DNA of 63,041 nucleotides, the filler included, from Octopus bimaculoides (taxonomy: Eukaryota): NCBI RefSeq assembly GCF_001194135.2. It is 6 parts of 6 records of this genome, joined end to end, with 100 filler letters (N's around TTAATTAATTAA, not from the genome) between each part and the next. Parts side by side here need not be neighbours in the genome. Positions count along the whole stretch, not along the records: positions 1 to 23,137 come from NC_068997.1; 5 more parts are not named here. One strand, 5' to 3'. Made by a program: the position numbers and the translations under genes. Of this stretch, positions 1-13,090 are shown piece after piece (the first letter of the stretch is position 1; the number at the start of each line of letters is the position of its first letter). Below the pieces are notes generated by a model. It made no database searches and was not told where the DNA came from. It saw only the letters and a list, made by a program, of their open reading frames with translations.

Positions 1-39
<39 letters not shown>

Positions 40-974
40 AACACACATATAAGTATTTATTTACCATTTGATTGTCTTACAAATAAATCAATATAAATAT
101 TGTATGCTGGACTGTTTATGTCTTTCATTTCATTCCATAGTTTATATTTGTCTTCGAACAACATACGTGTAATAGATTATGTCTCCAAAGGTATTCAGTA
201 CATCTTACAAATGTACGACCACAGTAGAATTTTATTAAAAATATCTATAAAATAATCCCATCTCAACAGAATATGTAAGTTTTTGTTTCTTTGATAGTTT
301 AACGTCTGATGCAATCTGAGAGATGTTGCATATTCCCTCATCAAAAATTTATAGAAGAGTGGTTTTTTTTTTCATTTAATTTTCCTCCAGTTTTTGCAAC
401 GAGATGACTACATGTTGCTGTTGAAATAAAACAAGAGATTCCACCGGGTTTCCGGTTCATTTAAACATGGAACACTTCCGATCAGATGTAAAGCAAGGTG
501 TTGTTACTGTAAATAATTAATTCCTTCAATAGATGTACGTAATTTGTTTTGCTTTATGTGACAACGAGAGAGGTATTTATATGGGTGTTTCATCGGTGTT
601 AGAAATAACAGCCAAAATCTCTGTCGAATCATATAGCCTTGGCGTCATCTTTAAAAAAGACAAACCTGAATACGTTCGGTTATGTAGTTACTATTATACG
701 AAAGAGACAGGGTGGTCACGATGAGAACGTCTTTAATCATGGATTGGCTTCATCAGGAATAACCTTAGTTTATACACTACCATCATCATTACCACCACCA
801 CCAACAACAACAACAACAACAAATACATGAATCTACCAAGGCCTTTATGCGGTTGTTTTGCCCTACTAAAAATAGTAGCCAAATGTCTCTCTTAAATCAC
901 ACCCTAGCTAATATCTTGCAAAACAGAAAGAGAAAAAGAAGGAAATGCTGGATATGTGATTATTGATACACATA

Positions 975-1615
975 AAAACAGGATGACCATGGCCGGAATC
1001 ATAGATTGGTCACCATCACCACTACGCATAACAACCGCACGAACCTACAAATGGGGACTTTATGTTGGAATGTCATTGATCATAAACGCTCAATGTGTAC
1101 CAGCCTGGGGCTATACTACGCTGCTAAGAAATGTTTTACTTCAGGCAAAGAACTGAGTGACGTGAACTTCAATTATTCGCCACCGCGGCTGTGGAATCTG
1201 CAGAGCCGGAGCACGGTGGAAGCAGACAGCATTCTGGATGCGTTGAAGATGAGGCTGGTGGACCCCAACAGTACCAGATGGAACTCTCCCTATGACTCTG
1301 TTGTTGTCCTCGACAACCTGCTGAAGAAGAATAGGGGGGTCTGTCCTCAGGGTGATGACACAGCTGAAGCCGCAGATCTTCACTGATTCTGATGACGGCT
1401 TCCTGACGTAGTACGCTCAAGTGATGTCTAATGTTGCCAAGGCCTTGGATAAAATCTGTGCGGAAGGGGAACCAGGGTGATCTCGAGAGCCTTCTGCCAA
1501 TTGTAGCGGTTACCGTCATGAAGTTGAAGGAGGCCAAATTCAAACATCTCATATTTCTTTTTAAACTTCGTCTCTCATAGATTTCTGAGTCACTGACTGA
1601 GAGAACTATTGGTTA
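975..1615 (+). mobile_element. hAT-family transposase remnant (catalytic/insertion region)
   Basis: ORF 1006-1386 and a frameshifted continuation give TTTHNNRTNL (TTDNGSN-like), HKRSMCTSLGL (HxRCxxHxLNL-like), LVDPNSTRWNSPYDSV (TRWNS motif), FLT*YAQVMSNVAKALD and LLPIVAVTVMKLK, in hAT order. Confidence 0.8.
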
Positions 1616-2577
1616 ACGATACTTTAAGAGCATGTACTTCTTCATATAATCTCACATACATACATACATACATACATACATACATACACACATGCATGCA
1701 TATATACATACATGCATACATACATTTATACATATATATATATATATATATAAGCAATATTAATTCTCTAAATGAAGTATTAACAGTAACTGCACGATAA
1801 AGTGTAGTATATTGCCACTTAAGTGTGGCTGACCCCTAGGGGTGGATGTTACTGTTGCTTTTAGCCCCAGGAGGACATCTCCTCCACCTGGCTTATCGAC
1901 ACACGACTGTGTCCTGTATTTGTCCACACGTATTTACAAACAGGANNNNNNNNNNNNNNNNNNNNNNNNNNNNNNNNNNNNNNNNNNNNNNNNNNNNNNN
2001 NNNNNNNNNNNNNNNNNNNNNNNNNNNNNNNNNNNNNNNNNNNNNNNNNNNNNNNNNNNNNNNNNNNNNNNNNNNNNNNNNNNNNNNNNNNNNNNNNNNN
2101 NNNNNNNNNNNNNNNNNNNNNNNNNNNNTATATATATATACATATGCATGCATATGTATATATGCATATATATATATGCATGTATATATGTACGCACATG
2201 TATATATATGTATACAAATATACATACGTATATATATATATATATATATGCATATATATGCATATATATGTATGCATGATCGTAAATACGTGCATATATA
2301 TTCGAATGTGCATGCATATATACACGAGTAGGTAAGTATTATATACTTGTATGTATGCATTTATTTATGTATATACATACATATATCTATATATGTGTGT
2401 TTGTGTATGTATTCATCTTTAACTTACCGTCAATCCATCCATCTGTCTCTCCGTCTCTCAGTCTCTCGCCCTCTCCCTCTGTCTATATATATACACACAC
2501 ACATACGAACACACACATATACATATACATATACATACGTCTGTGTGTGTATATATATATGAATATATATATATGTT

Positions 2578-2614
<37 letters not shown>

Positions 2615-3582
2615 NNNNNNNNNNNNNNNNNNNNNNNNNNNNNNNNNNNNNNNNNNNNNNNNNNNNNNNNNNNNNNNNNNNNNNNNNNNNNNNNNNNNNN
2701 NNNNNNNNNNNNNNNNNNNNNNNNNNNNNNNNNNNNNNNNNNNNNNNNNNNNNNNNNNNNNNNNNNNNNNNNNNNNNNNNNNNNNNNNNNNNNNNNNNNN
2801 NNNNNNNNNNNNNNNNNNNNNNNNNNNNNNNNNNNNNNNNNNNNNNNNNNNNNNNNNNNNNNNNNNNNNNNNNNNNNNNNNNNNNNNNNNNNNNNNNNNN
2901 NNNNNNNNNNNNNNNNNNNNNNNNNNNNNNNNNNNNNNNNNNNNNNNNNNNNNNNNNNNNNNNNNNNNNNNNNNNNNNNNNNNNNNNNNNNNNNNNNNNN
3001 NNNNNNNNNNNNNNNNNNNNNNNNNNNNNNNNNNNNNNNNNNNNNNNNNNNNNNNNNNNNNNNNNNNNNNNNNNNNNNNNNNNNNNNNNNNNNNNNNNNN
3101 NNNNNNNNNNNNNNNNNNNNNNNNNNNNNNNNNNNNNNNNNNNNNNNNNNNNNNNNNNNNNNNNNNNNNNNNNNNNNNNNNNNNNNNNNNNNNNNNNNNN
3201 NNNNNNNNNNNNNNNNNNNNNNNNNNNNNNNNNNNNNNNNNNNNNNNNNNNNNNNNNNNNNNNNNNNNNNNNNNNNNNNNNNNNNNNNNNNNNNNNNNNN
3301 NNNNNNNNNNNNNNNNNNNNNNNNNNNNNNNNNNNNNNNNNNNNNNNNNNNNNNNNNNNNNNNNNNNNNNNNNNNNNNNNNNNNNNNNNNNNNNNNNNNN
3401 NNNNNNNNNNNNNNNNNNNNNNNNNNNNNNNNNNNNNNNNNNNNNNNNNNNNNNNNNNNATGCGTGCTCGGTGTGTCCTGGTGCGTGTGTGAGTGTATTT
3501 GGGTTTAAGTGTACGTGTGCGCACGCGTGCACATGCGTTATCGAAAATGATTTATCGAGCCAAAATAAAGTTCAGCATTTTT

Positions 3583-3618
<36 letters not shown>

Positions 3619-3729
3619 AATAAAAAAACAGCTAGCTGCAATGTTAAACCGTAAAGGAGAATTATTAGTCAACTAAACGTATCTGTCCTCATGTTTTTCA
3701 GCTTTGTCCACCAAACAACCTTATTTCGC

Positions 3730-4140
3730 CACAGCCACCAGGCAAAGGAAAACTGCCTTGCCTACCCGATTGAAAGAAGGCGGCAGTGCAATCATAACCA
3801 CAGACTCGGCCGACAGGTGGATCCGTCCCACACGTGACAGCAGCTGTTCAACATAACCCCACAACTCAGCAATGCTCGGATACCTAACGAGGTTTCGTCA
3901 CAATGCCCGCACCTCGGGCAAGTCTGTCTAACAGCACACCCGTTCCTATAAAGTTTATCTCGAACCGGTGGCGCCTCCTGGTAGCGCCCTCCGGTAATGC
4001 CCCCGGTAAAGCCCTCGGTAATGCCCCCACCCCTGGTAGCACTGCCAGACCAAGGAATTATGGATATTATCCATGATAGTTCCCGGCCGAAACGTCCTCT
4101 GGAACAGATTAGCCAGTTCGTTCTCTTCGGCACTTAGTCT
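3730..4140 (-). mobile_element. L1/Tx1-type LINE ORF2 C-terminal fragment (zinc knuckle)
   Basis: ELANLFQRTFRPG..MDNIHNSLVWQCYQG, then PVRDKLYRNG...TCPRCGHCDET (CCHC), then IALPPSFNRVGKAVFLC; frameshifted. Confidence 0.85.
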
Positions 4141-4252
4141 CTCAACCATGTGGTTGGTAAGCACACAGCCACTTCTGTGCCTATATATATTTAAAGATAA
4201 ACTTACTTGGAAATGGATGTGTGGCGTTCAGTCAAATAATCTATATATATAA

Positions 4253-4328
4253 TATGGAGCGGCTGGGTGGTAAGTAGCTTGCTAACCAACCACATGGTTC
4301 CGGGTTCATTCCCACTGCGTGGCACCTT
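4253..4328 (+). mobile_element. tRNA-derived SINE head (truncated)
   Basis: A-box/B-box-like ggtggtaagtag...ggttcattccc; same family as the copies at 23238 and 28130. Confidence 0.75.
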
Positions 4329-5009
4329 TAACATTTAAGTCTGTTTACTATACAACATAATACCAAAATGCTGACTCTAAGTCTCTCAATATATATCATT
4401 TCACTGCATTCTACAAACCGTAGCCGAACGACACTCAAATTACGATGATTCTACCAACATTCTTACAATGGAAAATTTCCCTCGTTTAGGCTCACGAATG
4501 GAAAATCTTGTCATAGAGTTCTATATGATTTTAGCTGAGCTGAAACTACACAACAACAACAACAATACTGAGTAAAATAACAATATATTACCATTTTCCC
4601 AACAACAGCTAAGATTTCCCTAATTTTAGTCGATATACTAAAGCAATGGTTTTATTCTTTTGTATTTCTCGTCTTTTTTTTTTTTTTTTTTTTTGCGTTG
4701 TCTTTATTCCTTATCTTAAATGATTTCTGCCTGGATTCCCAAGCTTAATTTTACGATCAATTATAATACTGTTATTAAAACACGCCATTGGCATGGGAAA
4801 TATATCGGTTTTACCTCTCAAATATATAATCTAGTAAGAACTAATGAATGATATGTGTGATATGTAAAGAATCCCATCATTTGGACATTTAGAGAAAATT
4901 TCTGAACTTAGAATTTGACAGCCATTCAATTGTGTTGCCATATTTAGCAACATAATGCAAGACATTGCATTGCTAAACCTGCAGTGAAAAGAATAGGGGT
5001 ACACACAAA

Positions 5010-5042
<33 letters not shown>

Positions 5043-5072
5043 TACACAAATGTATATACATGTATATGTATA

Positions 5073-5116
<44 letters not shown>

Positions 5117-5695
5117 NNNNNNNNNNNNNNNNNNNNNNNNNNNNNNNNNNNNNNNNNNNNNNNNNNNNNNNNNNNNNNNNNNNNNNNNNNNNNNNNNNNN
5201 NNNNNNNNNNNNNNNNNNNNNNNNNNNNNNNNNNNNNNNNNNNNNNNNNNNNNNNNNNNNNNNNNNNNNNNNNNNNNNNNNNNNNNNNNNNNNNNNNNNN
5301 NNNNNNNNNNNNNNNNNNNNNNNNNNNNNNNNNNNNNNNNNNNNNNNNNNNNNNNNNNNNNNNNNNNNNNNNNNNNNNNNNNNNNNNNNNNNNNNNNNNN
5401 NNNNNNNNNNNNNNNNNNNNNNNNNNNNNNNNNNNNNNNNNNNNNNNNNNNNNNNNNNNNNNNNNNNNNNNNNNNNNNNNNNNNNNNNNNNNNNNNNNNN
5501 NNNNNNNNNNNNNNNNNNNNNNNNNNNNNNNNNNNNNNNNNNNNNNNNNNNNNNNNNNNNNNNNNNNNNNNNNNNNNNNNNNNNNNNNNNNNNNNNNNNN
5601 NNNNNNNNNNNNNNNNNNNNNNNNNNNTATATATATATATATATCTGTGCGTGTACGTGCATTTGTGTTTGTGTGTGTGTATGCATATATACATA

Positions 5696-5734
<39 letters not shown>

Positions 5735-5925
5735 ACCGATACACATATACGCATATATATATATAAATACATATATACATATATGTACGTATACATATAC
5801 ATATATCTATATTCATATGTACACAAACATGTACGTATATATACATGTACATATATATATATTCTATATTTCTATACGCGTGTGTGTATTTGTATATAGA
5901 TATATAGATATATATCAATAATCAT

Positions 5926-5975
<50 letters not shown>
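5926..5975. repeat. (TAG)n microsatellite
   Basis: Direct reading. Confidence 0.95.
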
Positions 5976-7119
5976 TGATGGAGATGGTGGTGATGGTAGT
6001 ATTAATTCTTGTGCTGGGGGTGATGTCCGAGATATGGATGTCGGTAGCAACAAATGATAAAATATTGTTAAAACTGGTCAGTTCCAACGATTAACAAAAA
6101 AAGATTGATGCAAAATGAATGCAGGGATCTTTGTACTGAATGTCAATGTGTTAAGCTCTTACTTTTTTCAAGAGAGCACTATAGATATGTGTCTGTGCGC
6201 TTGTGATTGCATCGGTCTGAGTGTCCACAATTTGTTTTATANNNNNNNNNNNNNNNNNNNNNNNNNNNNNNNNNNNNNNNNNNNNNNNNNNNNNNNNNNN
6301 NNNNNNNNNNNNNNNNNNNNNNNNNNNNNNNNNNNNNNNNNNNNNNNNNNNNNNNNNNNNNNNNNNNNNNNNNNNNNNNNNNNNNNNNNNNNNNNNNNNN
6401 NNNNNNNNNNNNNNNNNNNNNNNNNNNNNNNNNNNNNNNNNNNNNNNNNNNNNNNNNNNNNNNNNNNNNNNNNNNNNNNNNNNNNNNNNNNNNNNNNNNN
6501 NNNNNNNNNNNNNNNNNNNNNNNNNNNNNNNNNNNNNNNNNNNNNNNNNNNNNNNNNNNNNNNNNNNNNNNNNNNNNNNNNNNNNNNNNNNNNNNNNNNN
6601 NNNNNNNNNNNNNNNNNNNNNNNNNNNNNNNNNNNNNNNNNNNNNNNNNNNNNNNNNNNNNNNNNNNNNNNNNNNNNNNNNNNNNNNNNNNNNNNNNNNN
6701 NNNNNNNNNNNNNNNNNNNNNNNNNNNNNNNNNNNNNNNNNNNNNNNNNNNNNNNNNNNNNNNNNNNNNNNNNNNNNNNNNNNNNNNNNNNNNNNNNNNN
6801 NNNNNNNNNNNNNNNNNNNNNNNNNNAAGTTTGAAAACGCCACTATATAAAATAAATTTTAATTTATAATTTTCTCAGAGATATTTTACATGTTTCGGTT
6901 CTTGAAAAAACGAACCTTATCAAAAATACATTTTTTTTTTTTAATGTAATTAAAAGAAAAGTTTATAATTGTTTCTTACTGGTGTCAACATAGTCCACGT
7001 GGGAGCGTATTTTTGTGTGGGGACATAATGGCTGTCTAGTGCTTTGACTTGAATCGTTCGCTGAAGTAGTAGTAGTGACAGTGTTGGTAATGGTAAACGG
7101 GAGTGACCTCTGTCCGTGT

Positions 7120-8030
7120 CACAACCATTACCATCACAGTCTCCACCACCAGCACCACCATATCTTCATTACCAGCACCACCATCTCCTTCGCTGCCATT
7201 TCTGTCACCATCACAAATATTTTCACCACCACCATAGCCATAATCATCACCATCACCACTACAACTAACACCATAACCCCAACTGCCACTACTACTCTAG
7301 TGCCTATACTACGTCCACCAACATCTCCATCGTCACTATCGCTACAACCATCACCACCACCAACACCACCATCACCAACACCATCACCAACAACACCACC
7401 TGCTTACCACCTCTACTACCTCTACTACCGTAGCATTACAACCACCACCAGAGCGACGAGCACCTGTGACACACCACCACTTCAGTATCAATAACACCAC
7501 CACCTCCATCGCAATTACATTCACTACCATCACTACTGCTAATACTACTACTAATAATACTATTAAAACTACTGCTGCTACTTCTACTACTACTATTACT
7601 GCTGCTGCTGCTGCTGCTGCTTCTGCTACTATTACTACTACTACTATGACGGCGACTGCTACTATTACTACTAGCACCACCACAACCACGATGAATATTA
7701 CCAACACACCACCGCTCTCACCACCCCTGCCACGATGACGACATAACCAATATCACCGACATTACTACCACTACCATAACTCCCACGACTACCACCATCA
7801 ACACACCACGATCTTACCGAGCCCCCCCCCCACTATCCCCATCATCATCATCATCATCATCATCACCACCACCACCACCACCACCGTCACCATTCACATA
7901 TAACCACTTCGCCACCAGGCAACCCCATCGCTAGTATTACCACCACTACCACAATTACGACGACGTCGACCACCACCACCACCACAATAATCTTCACTAT
8001 TTTACCACCGCCATCATACCATCACAAAAC
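7120..8030. repeat. Decayed trinucleotide low-complexity tract (CAC/CAT/CTA/GCT)
   Basis: Direct reading; explains the Thr/Pro/Ala-rich spurious ORFs here. Confidence 0.9.
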
Positions 8031-8527
8031 TGTACTACGAAGGAATCCAAATAAATAAATTAAAAGTAGATGACCCATTAAATAGAATGTAAATTGTATT
8101 GTGTTATTTAAGGGTCAAACGCGGCAACATCTGCGAACTGGAAGCAGAGGGGGCAAGAAGTTGGGGAGGAAGGCCTGGCATCGTTTTACTTTATTAAGCA
8201 GCATCTGGAACGAATCAGTTGATGTAAATGGTCGTCACCTCTTACTTGCACACGCTGTTATGTATTTGTGTTATTAGTTGTATGTAATGTGCTCCACATA
8301 TTGCGACATAATATTTAAAAACAGACACACACAAACACACACACACATATATGCATGTATGTACGTATGTATATATGTATATATGTATGTATGTATGTAT
8401 GTATATATGTATGTAATGGTCGCTCCCGTCGATTTCGACGCATCAGTGTTTGAAGGAGAGGATTTTAAAAATAAAGACAAAAAGAGAACATGCATACATA
8501 CATACATACATACATGCATACATACAA

Positions 8528-8562
<35 letters not shown>

Positions 8563-9401
8563 NNNNNNNNNNNNNNNNNNNNNNNNNNNNNNNNNNNNNN
8601 NNNNNNNNNNNNNNNNNNNNNNNNNNNNNNNNNNNNNNNNNNNNNNNNNNNNNNNNNNNNNNNNNNNNNNNNNNNNNNNNNNNNNNNNNNNNNNNNNNNN
8701 NNNNNNNNNNNNNNNNNNNNNNNNNNNNNNNNNNNNNNNNNNNNNNNNNNNNNNNNNNNNNNNNNNNNNNNNNNNNNNNNNNNNNNNNNNNNNNNNNNNN
8801 NNNNNNNNNNNNNNNNNNNNNNNNNNNNNNNNNNNNNNNNNNNNNNNNNNNNNNNNNNNNNNNNNNNNNNNNNNNNNNNNNNNNNNNNNNNNNNNNNNNN
8901 NNNNNNNNNNNNNNNNNNNNNNNNNNNNNNNNNNNNNNNNNNNNNNNNNNNNNNNNNNNNNNNNNNNNNNNNNNNNNNNNNNNNNNNNNNNNNNNNNNNN
9001 NNNNNNNNNNNNNNNNNNNNNNNNNNNNNNNNNNNNNNNNNNNNNNNNNNNNNNNNNNNNNNNNNNNNNNNNNNNNNNNNNNNNNNNNNNNNNNNNNNNN
9101 NNNNNNNNNNNNNNNNNNNNNNNNNNNNNNNNNNNNNNNNNNNNNNNNNNNNNNNNNNNNNNNNNNNNNNNNNNNNNNNNNNNNNNNNNNNNNNNNNNNN
9201 NNNNNNNNNNNNNNNNNNNNNNNNNNNNNNNNNNNNNNNNNNNNNNNNNNNNNNNNNNNNNNNNNNNNNNNNNNNNNNNNNNNNNNNNNNNNNNNNNNNN
9301 NNNNNNNNNNNNNNNNNNNNNNNNNNNNNNNNNNNNNNNNNNNNNNNNNNNNNNNNNNNNNNNNNNNNNNNNNNNNNNNNNNNNNNNNNNNNNNNNNNNN
9401 N

Positions 9402-9765
9402 TACATCAATTAGAAAGCATTTTTTTTCTTCATGGTCTCTGACAACTATATCTGGCCTATTGGCCTTAATTTCTCTATCTGTGTGTATTGGCATATCCCA
9501 AAGTATGGTTGCTTTCTCGTTTTCTGTGACCTTTTCTGGCGTGTGCTTATACCATCTTTTTTCTGTTGTTATTCCATACTGTTGGCATAGCTTCCAGTGT
9601 ATGTAGGTCCCAGCTCTGTCGTGTCTGTGAATATATTCCTTCTTAGCCAGGACTGGGCAACCAGAGATAATATGATTTATTGTTTCTTGTCCATCGCCAC
9701 ATATTCTGCAGTTACTTGTTAGGTTTCTTTTCATTATATGTTTTTGGTAATTTCTGGTGGGGAGG
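9402..9765 (-). mobile_element. R4/Dong-like non-LTR retrotransposon C-terminus (CCHC + restriction-like endonuclease)
   Basis: CRICGDGQETINHIISGCPVLAKKEYIHRHD...ILWDMPIHTDREIKANRPDIVVRDHEEKKCFLIDV is open up to the gap; 5' end abuts (TTA)n. Confidence 0.9.
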
Positions 9766-9931
9766 TTTTATTATTATTATTATTAATATTATTATGATTA
9801 TTTTTCTAGTGTTGAAACCAACTTATTTCTCAGTCATGCATTTTTAGATGGTAACTTAGTTAACAGACTTTTTATGCGGAATTGTTGCACTTTGCAAAAA
9901 GCAAAATACGAGCCGAAATTATATTCTACAA

Positions 9932-10116
9932 TAGGCACATGACCTGAGATTTTTAGGAGAGAGGGGTAGTCAACTGGTACTTGTTTTATCGACCCCCAAA
10001 AGAATGAAAGGAAAAGATGACTTCGTGAGAATTTGGACTGAGAACGTAAAGACGGACAAAATGTCGCTAAGCATTTTTGTCCGGCGTGCTAACGACTCTG
10101 CCAACTTGCCGCCTTA
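9932..10116 (-). mobile_element. tRNA-derived SINE (family of the 12245 copy)
   Basis: Reverse complement of aaggcggcaagttggcaga...ttagcacgccgg head. Confidence 0.8.
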
Positions 10117-11897
10117 AAATATGAGCTTGAATTAACGCACAGCTACACCACACGTAAGACGAATATCATGACATCAGAAATCTGCCAGAACTTAACATTA
10201 TATAATTTTAAATACAACCTTGTTGATTTTATCACTTGTAAAATTATTTCCATGACCCTTTGCGACTTATGACAACACGCACGGGCTACACGCCATTAAC
10301 AACAGATTATGCAGGTCTGGAGATATCAACGTAATAGGTTTAGGAACATTATTGTTTCAATAAAAACATAAGAGACTAATAAGAAAACATGAAAATTCAT
10401 AAACAGCAAAAAAAGGCATACTTTAACACAATCATGTTTTGAACATATGTTTGAAAGAAAAGCGCCCCTCTGTTTACAAATATATGCATACATTTACACA
10501 TGTATGTGCCTATGAGTGTGTCCCTGTCCGCGCGCATGATAGCACTAATGAGACTAGACGTGTTTCTTTCGAGTTTCGATAATCAGAGTGCAAATGGAAT
10601 GATTCAATTAAGCAATTAAGTCCTTATATATGTTCTTTATATATGTCATATTGGAAAGCGGTGGAAGATATGTATTTATATATAAGTATATATATGTGTG
10701 TATGTGTATGTGTGTGTATGTAAATGTATATATTTATATATATATNNNNNNNNNNNNNNNNNNNNNNNNNNNNNNNNNNNNNNNNNNNNNNNNNNNNNNN
10801 NNNNNNNNNNNNNNNNNNNNNNNNNNNNNNNNNNNNNNNNNNNNNNNNNNNNNNNNNNNNNNNNNNNNNNNNNNNNNNNNNNNNNNNNNNNNNNNNNNNN
10901 NNNNNNNNNNNNNNNNNNNNNNNNNNNNNNNNNNNNNNNNNNNNNNNNNNNNNNNNNNNNNNNNNNNNNNNNNNNNNNNNNNNNNNNNNNNNNNNNNNNN
11001 NNNNNNNNNNNNNNNNNNNNNNNNNNNNNNNNNNNNNNNNNNNNNNNNNNNNNNNNNNNNNNNNNNNNNNNNNNNNNNNNNNNNNNNNNNNNNNNNNNNN
11101 NNNNNNNNNNNNNNNNNNNNNNNNNNNNNNNNNNNNNNNNNNNNNNNNNNNNNNNNNNNNNNNNNNNNNNNNNNNNNNNNNNNNNNNNNNNNNNNNNNNN
11201 NNNNNNNNNNNNNNNNNNNNNNNNNNNNNNNNNNNNNNNNNNNNNNNNNNNNNNNNNNNNNNNNNNNNNNNNNNNNNNNNNNNNNNNNNNNNNNNNNNNN
11301 NNNNNNNNNNNNNNNNNNNNNNNNNNNNNNNNNNNNNNNNNNNNNNNNNNNNNNNNNNNNNNNNNNNNNNNNNNNNNNNNNNNNNNNNNNNNNNNNNNNN
11401 NNNNNNNNNNNNNNNNNNNNNNNNNNNNNNNNNNNNNNNNNNNNNNNNNNNNNNNNNNNNNNNNNNNNNNNNNNNNNNNNNNNNNNNNNNNNNNNNNNNN
11501 NNNNNNNNNNNNNNNNNNNNNNNNNNNNNNNNNNNNNNNNNNNNNNNNNNNNNNNNNNNNNNNNNNNNNNATATATATAGGCATAAGCAAAATATATATG
11601 ACCAAATTTAAAATATGAATGAGAAGTTGGGTTGGCTTTCAGAGAGTATTCGAATTTCGAGAAATTCAGAAAGACGGAAGTATTATTGAAAAAGAAAACA
11701 ACGAAGGAATTACAAAAAAGTTGTTTCCAGATGTTATTATCTTATTATTGTCATGATTTATTAAGGACAGAGAGAGACAATACGGTGAACACCAGGAACT
11801 TTTGATTACTGGATTAAATTCCCGTCAGTATTAAATTACCTCCCTTTGCTGCGTAATTTCAAGTCAGGAGTAACATTGTTTCACGTCTCACTCCAGG

Positions 11898-12034
11898 GCA
11901 TACATACATACATACATACATACATACATACATACATACATACATACATGCATACATACATACATGCATACATACATACATACATACATACATACACACA
12001 TACATACATGCATGCATACATACATACATACATG

Positions 12035-12065
<31 letters not shown>

Positions 12066-12190
12066 ATATACATACATATATATAAACATACATACATACA
12101 TACAAACATACATACATGCATGCATACATACATACATACATACATACATACATACATACATGCATGCATACATACATGCATGCGTGCATA
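11898..12190. repeat. (CATA)n microsatellite
   Basis: Direct reading. Confidence 0.95.
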
Positions 12191-12244
12191 CATATATACG
12201 TACATGCCTGCATATTTGGATACCTACACACACCTACACACACC

Positions 12245-12477
12245 AGGCGGCGAACTGGCAGAAACGTTAGCACGCCGGGCGAAATGCTTAGCGGTATTTC
12301 GTCTGCCGCTACGTTCTGAGTTCAAATTCCGCCGAGGTCGACTTTGCCTTTCATCCTTTCGGGGTCGATCAAATAAGTTCCAGTTACGCACTGGGGTCGG
12401 TATAATCGACTTAATCCGTTTGTCTGTCCTTGTTTGTCCCCTCTGTGTGTAGCCCCTTGTGGGTAGTAAAGAAATAA
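12245..12477 (+). mobile_element. tRNA-derived SINE, near full length
   Basis: ggcggcgaactggcaga (A-box-like) ... gagttcaaattcc (B-box); related copies at 9932, 21255, 21952, 60800 and 60990. Confidence 0.85.
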
Positions 12478-12789
12478 CACACACATACTTTCGATATTTT
12501 TCTTTCTTTTATCTTCTTTTTTCAGCCATTGAACAGTCAGCGGCCATTTTGTGATACTGCTTTGAAGGGTTTAGTTTAACAAATCGAAACGCGTTGTTAT
12601 TTTCAAGTCTGGTGCTTATTCCATCGTTCTCTTATGCCGCATTTCAAAGTTACAGAGACTTAATGAAACCAACACTGGTTGTCAATCGTGTAGGAGTGAT
12701 GTTTCTGTTGTATAATTTTTTTGAGCTGGGGGAAAAAAAGCCGTTAAATCCCACATTGCCGATAGTAACCAATTCCCGTTCCGTCTTTA

Positions 12790-13090
12790 AGCTTGAGGTA
12801 TTACTGAATCACTGGAGCACTCATATCATAATTTTTGCGAATTGCCAAAAACTTTCTGCAAGAAACAGAGAACAAAACACTGGAGTCATGCCACCTTCAG
12901 ATTTGGGCAAAGTACCATACCACTTTCAGACAATTGTCTATAACCTCCACGTACTCGCCAATTTCTATGAAATACTGACCAACCTGCTCGTAACCTTATT
13001 CCAGTTGAGATAAACAACTACATGAACTGGACCGTTGGTCCATCGACTTGTGACGCTACCGCAGAGCAGACCAGATTTTCCACTCTACAC
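12790..13090 (+). mobile_element. CR1/L2-like LINE ORF2 3' fragment
   Basis: KTLESCHLQIWAKYH...PYSS*DKQLHELDRWSIDL*RYRRADQIF matches the C-terminal RPxLEYxxxxWSPY...RLxxLxLxSLxxRRxRxD pattern; contains stops. Confidence 0.65.

Noticed and set aside
7075-7738. Mucin-like Thr/Pro/Ala ORFs
   Set aside because: Decayed trinucleotide repeats open several frames on both strands; no splice or domain evidence.
10540-10595. Hammerhead-like fragments here and near 290-500, 720-760, 8430 and 44620-44760
   Set aside because: Core or stems are incomplete; they may be decayed pLTRs but cannot be supported as ribozymes.
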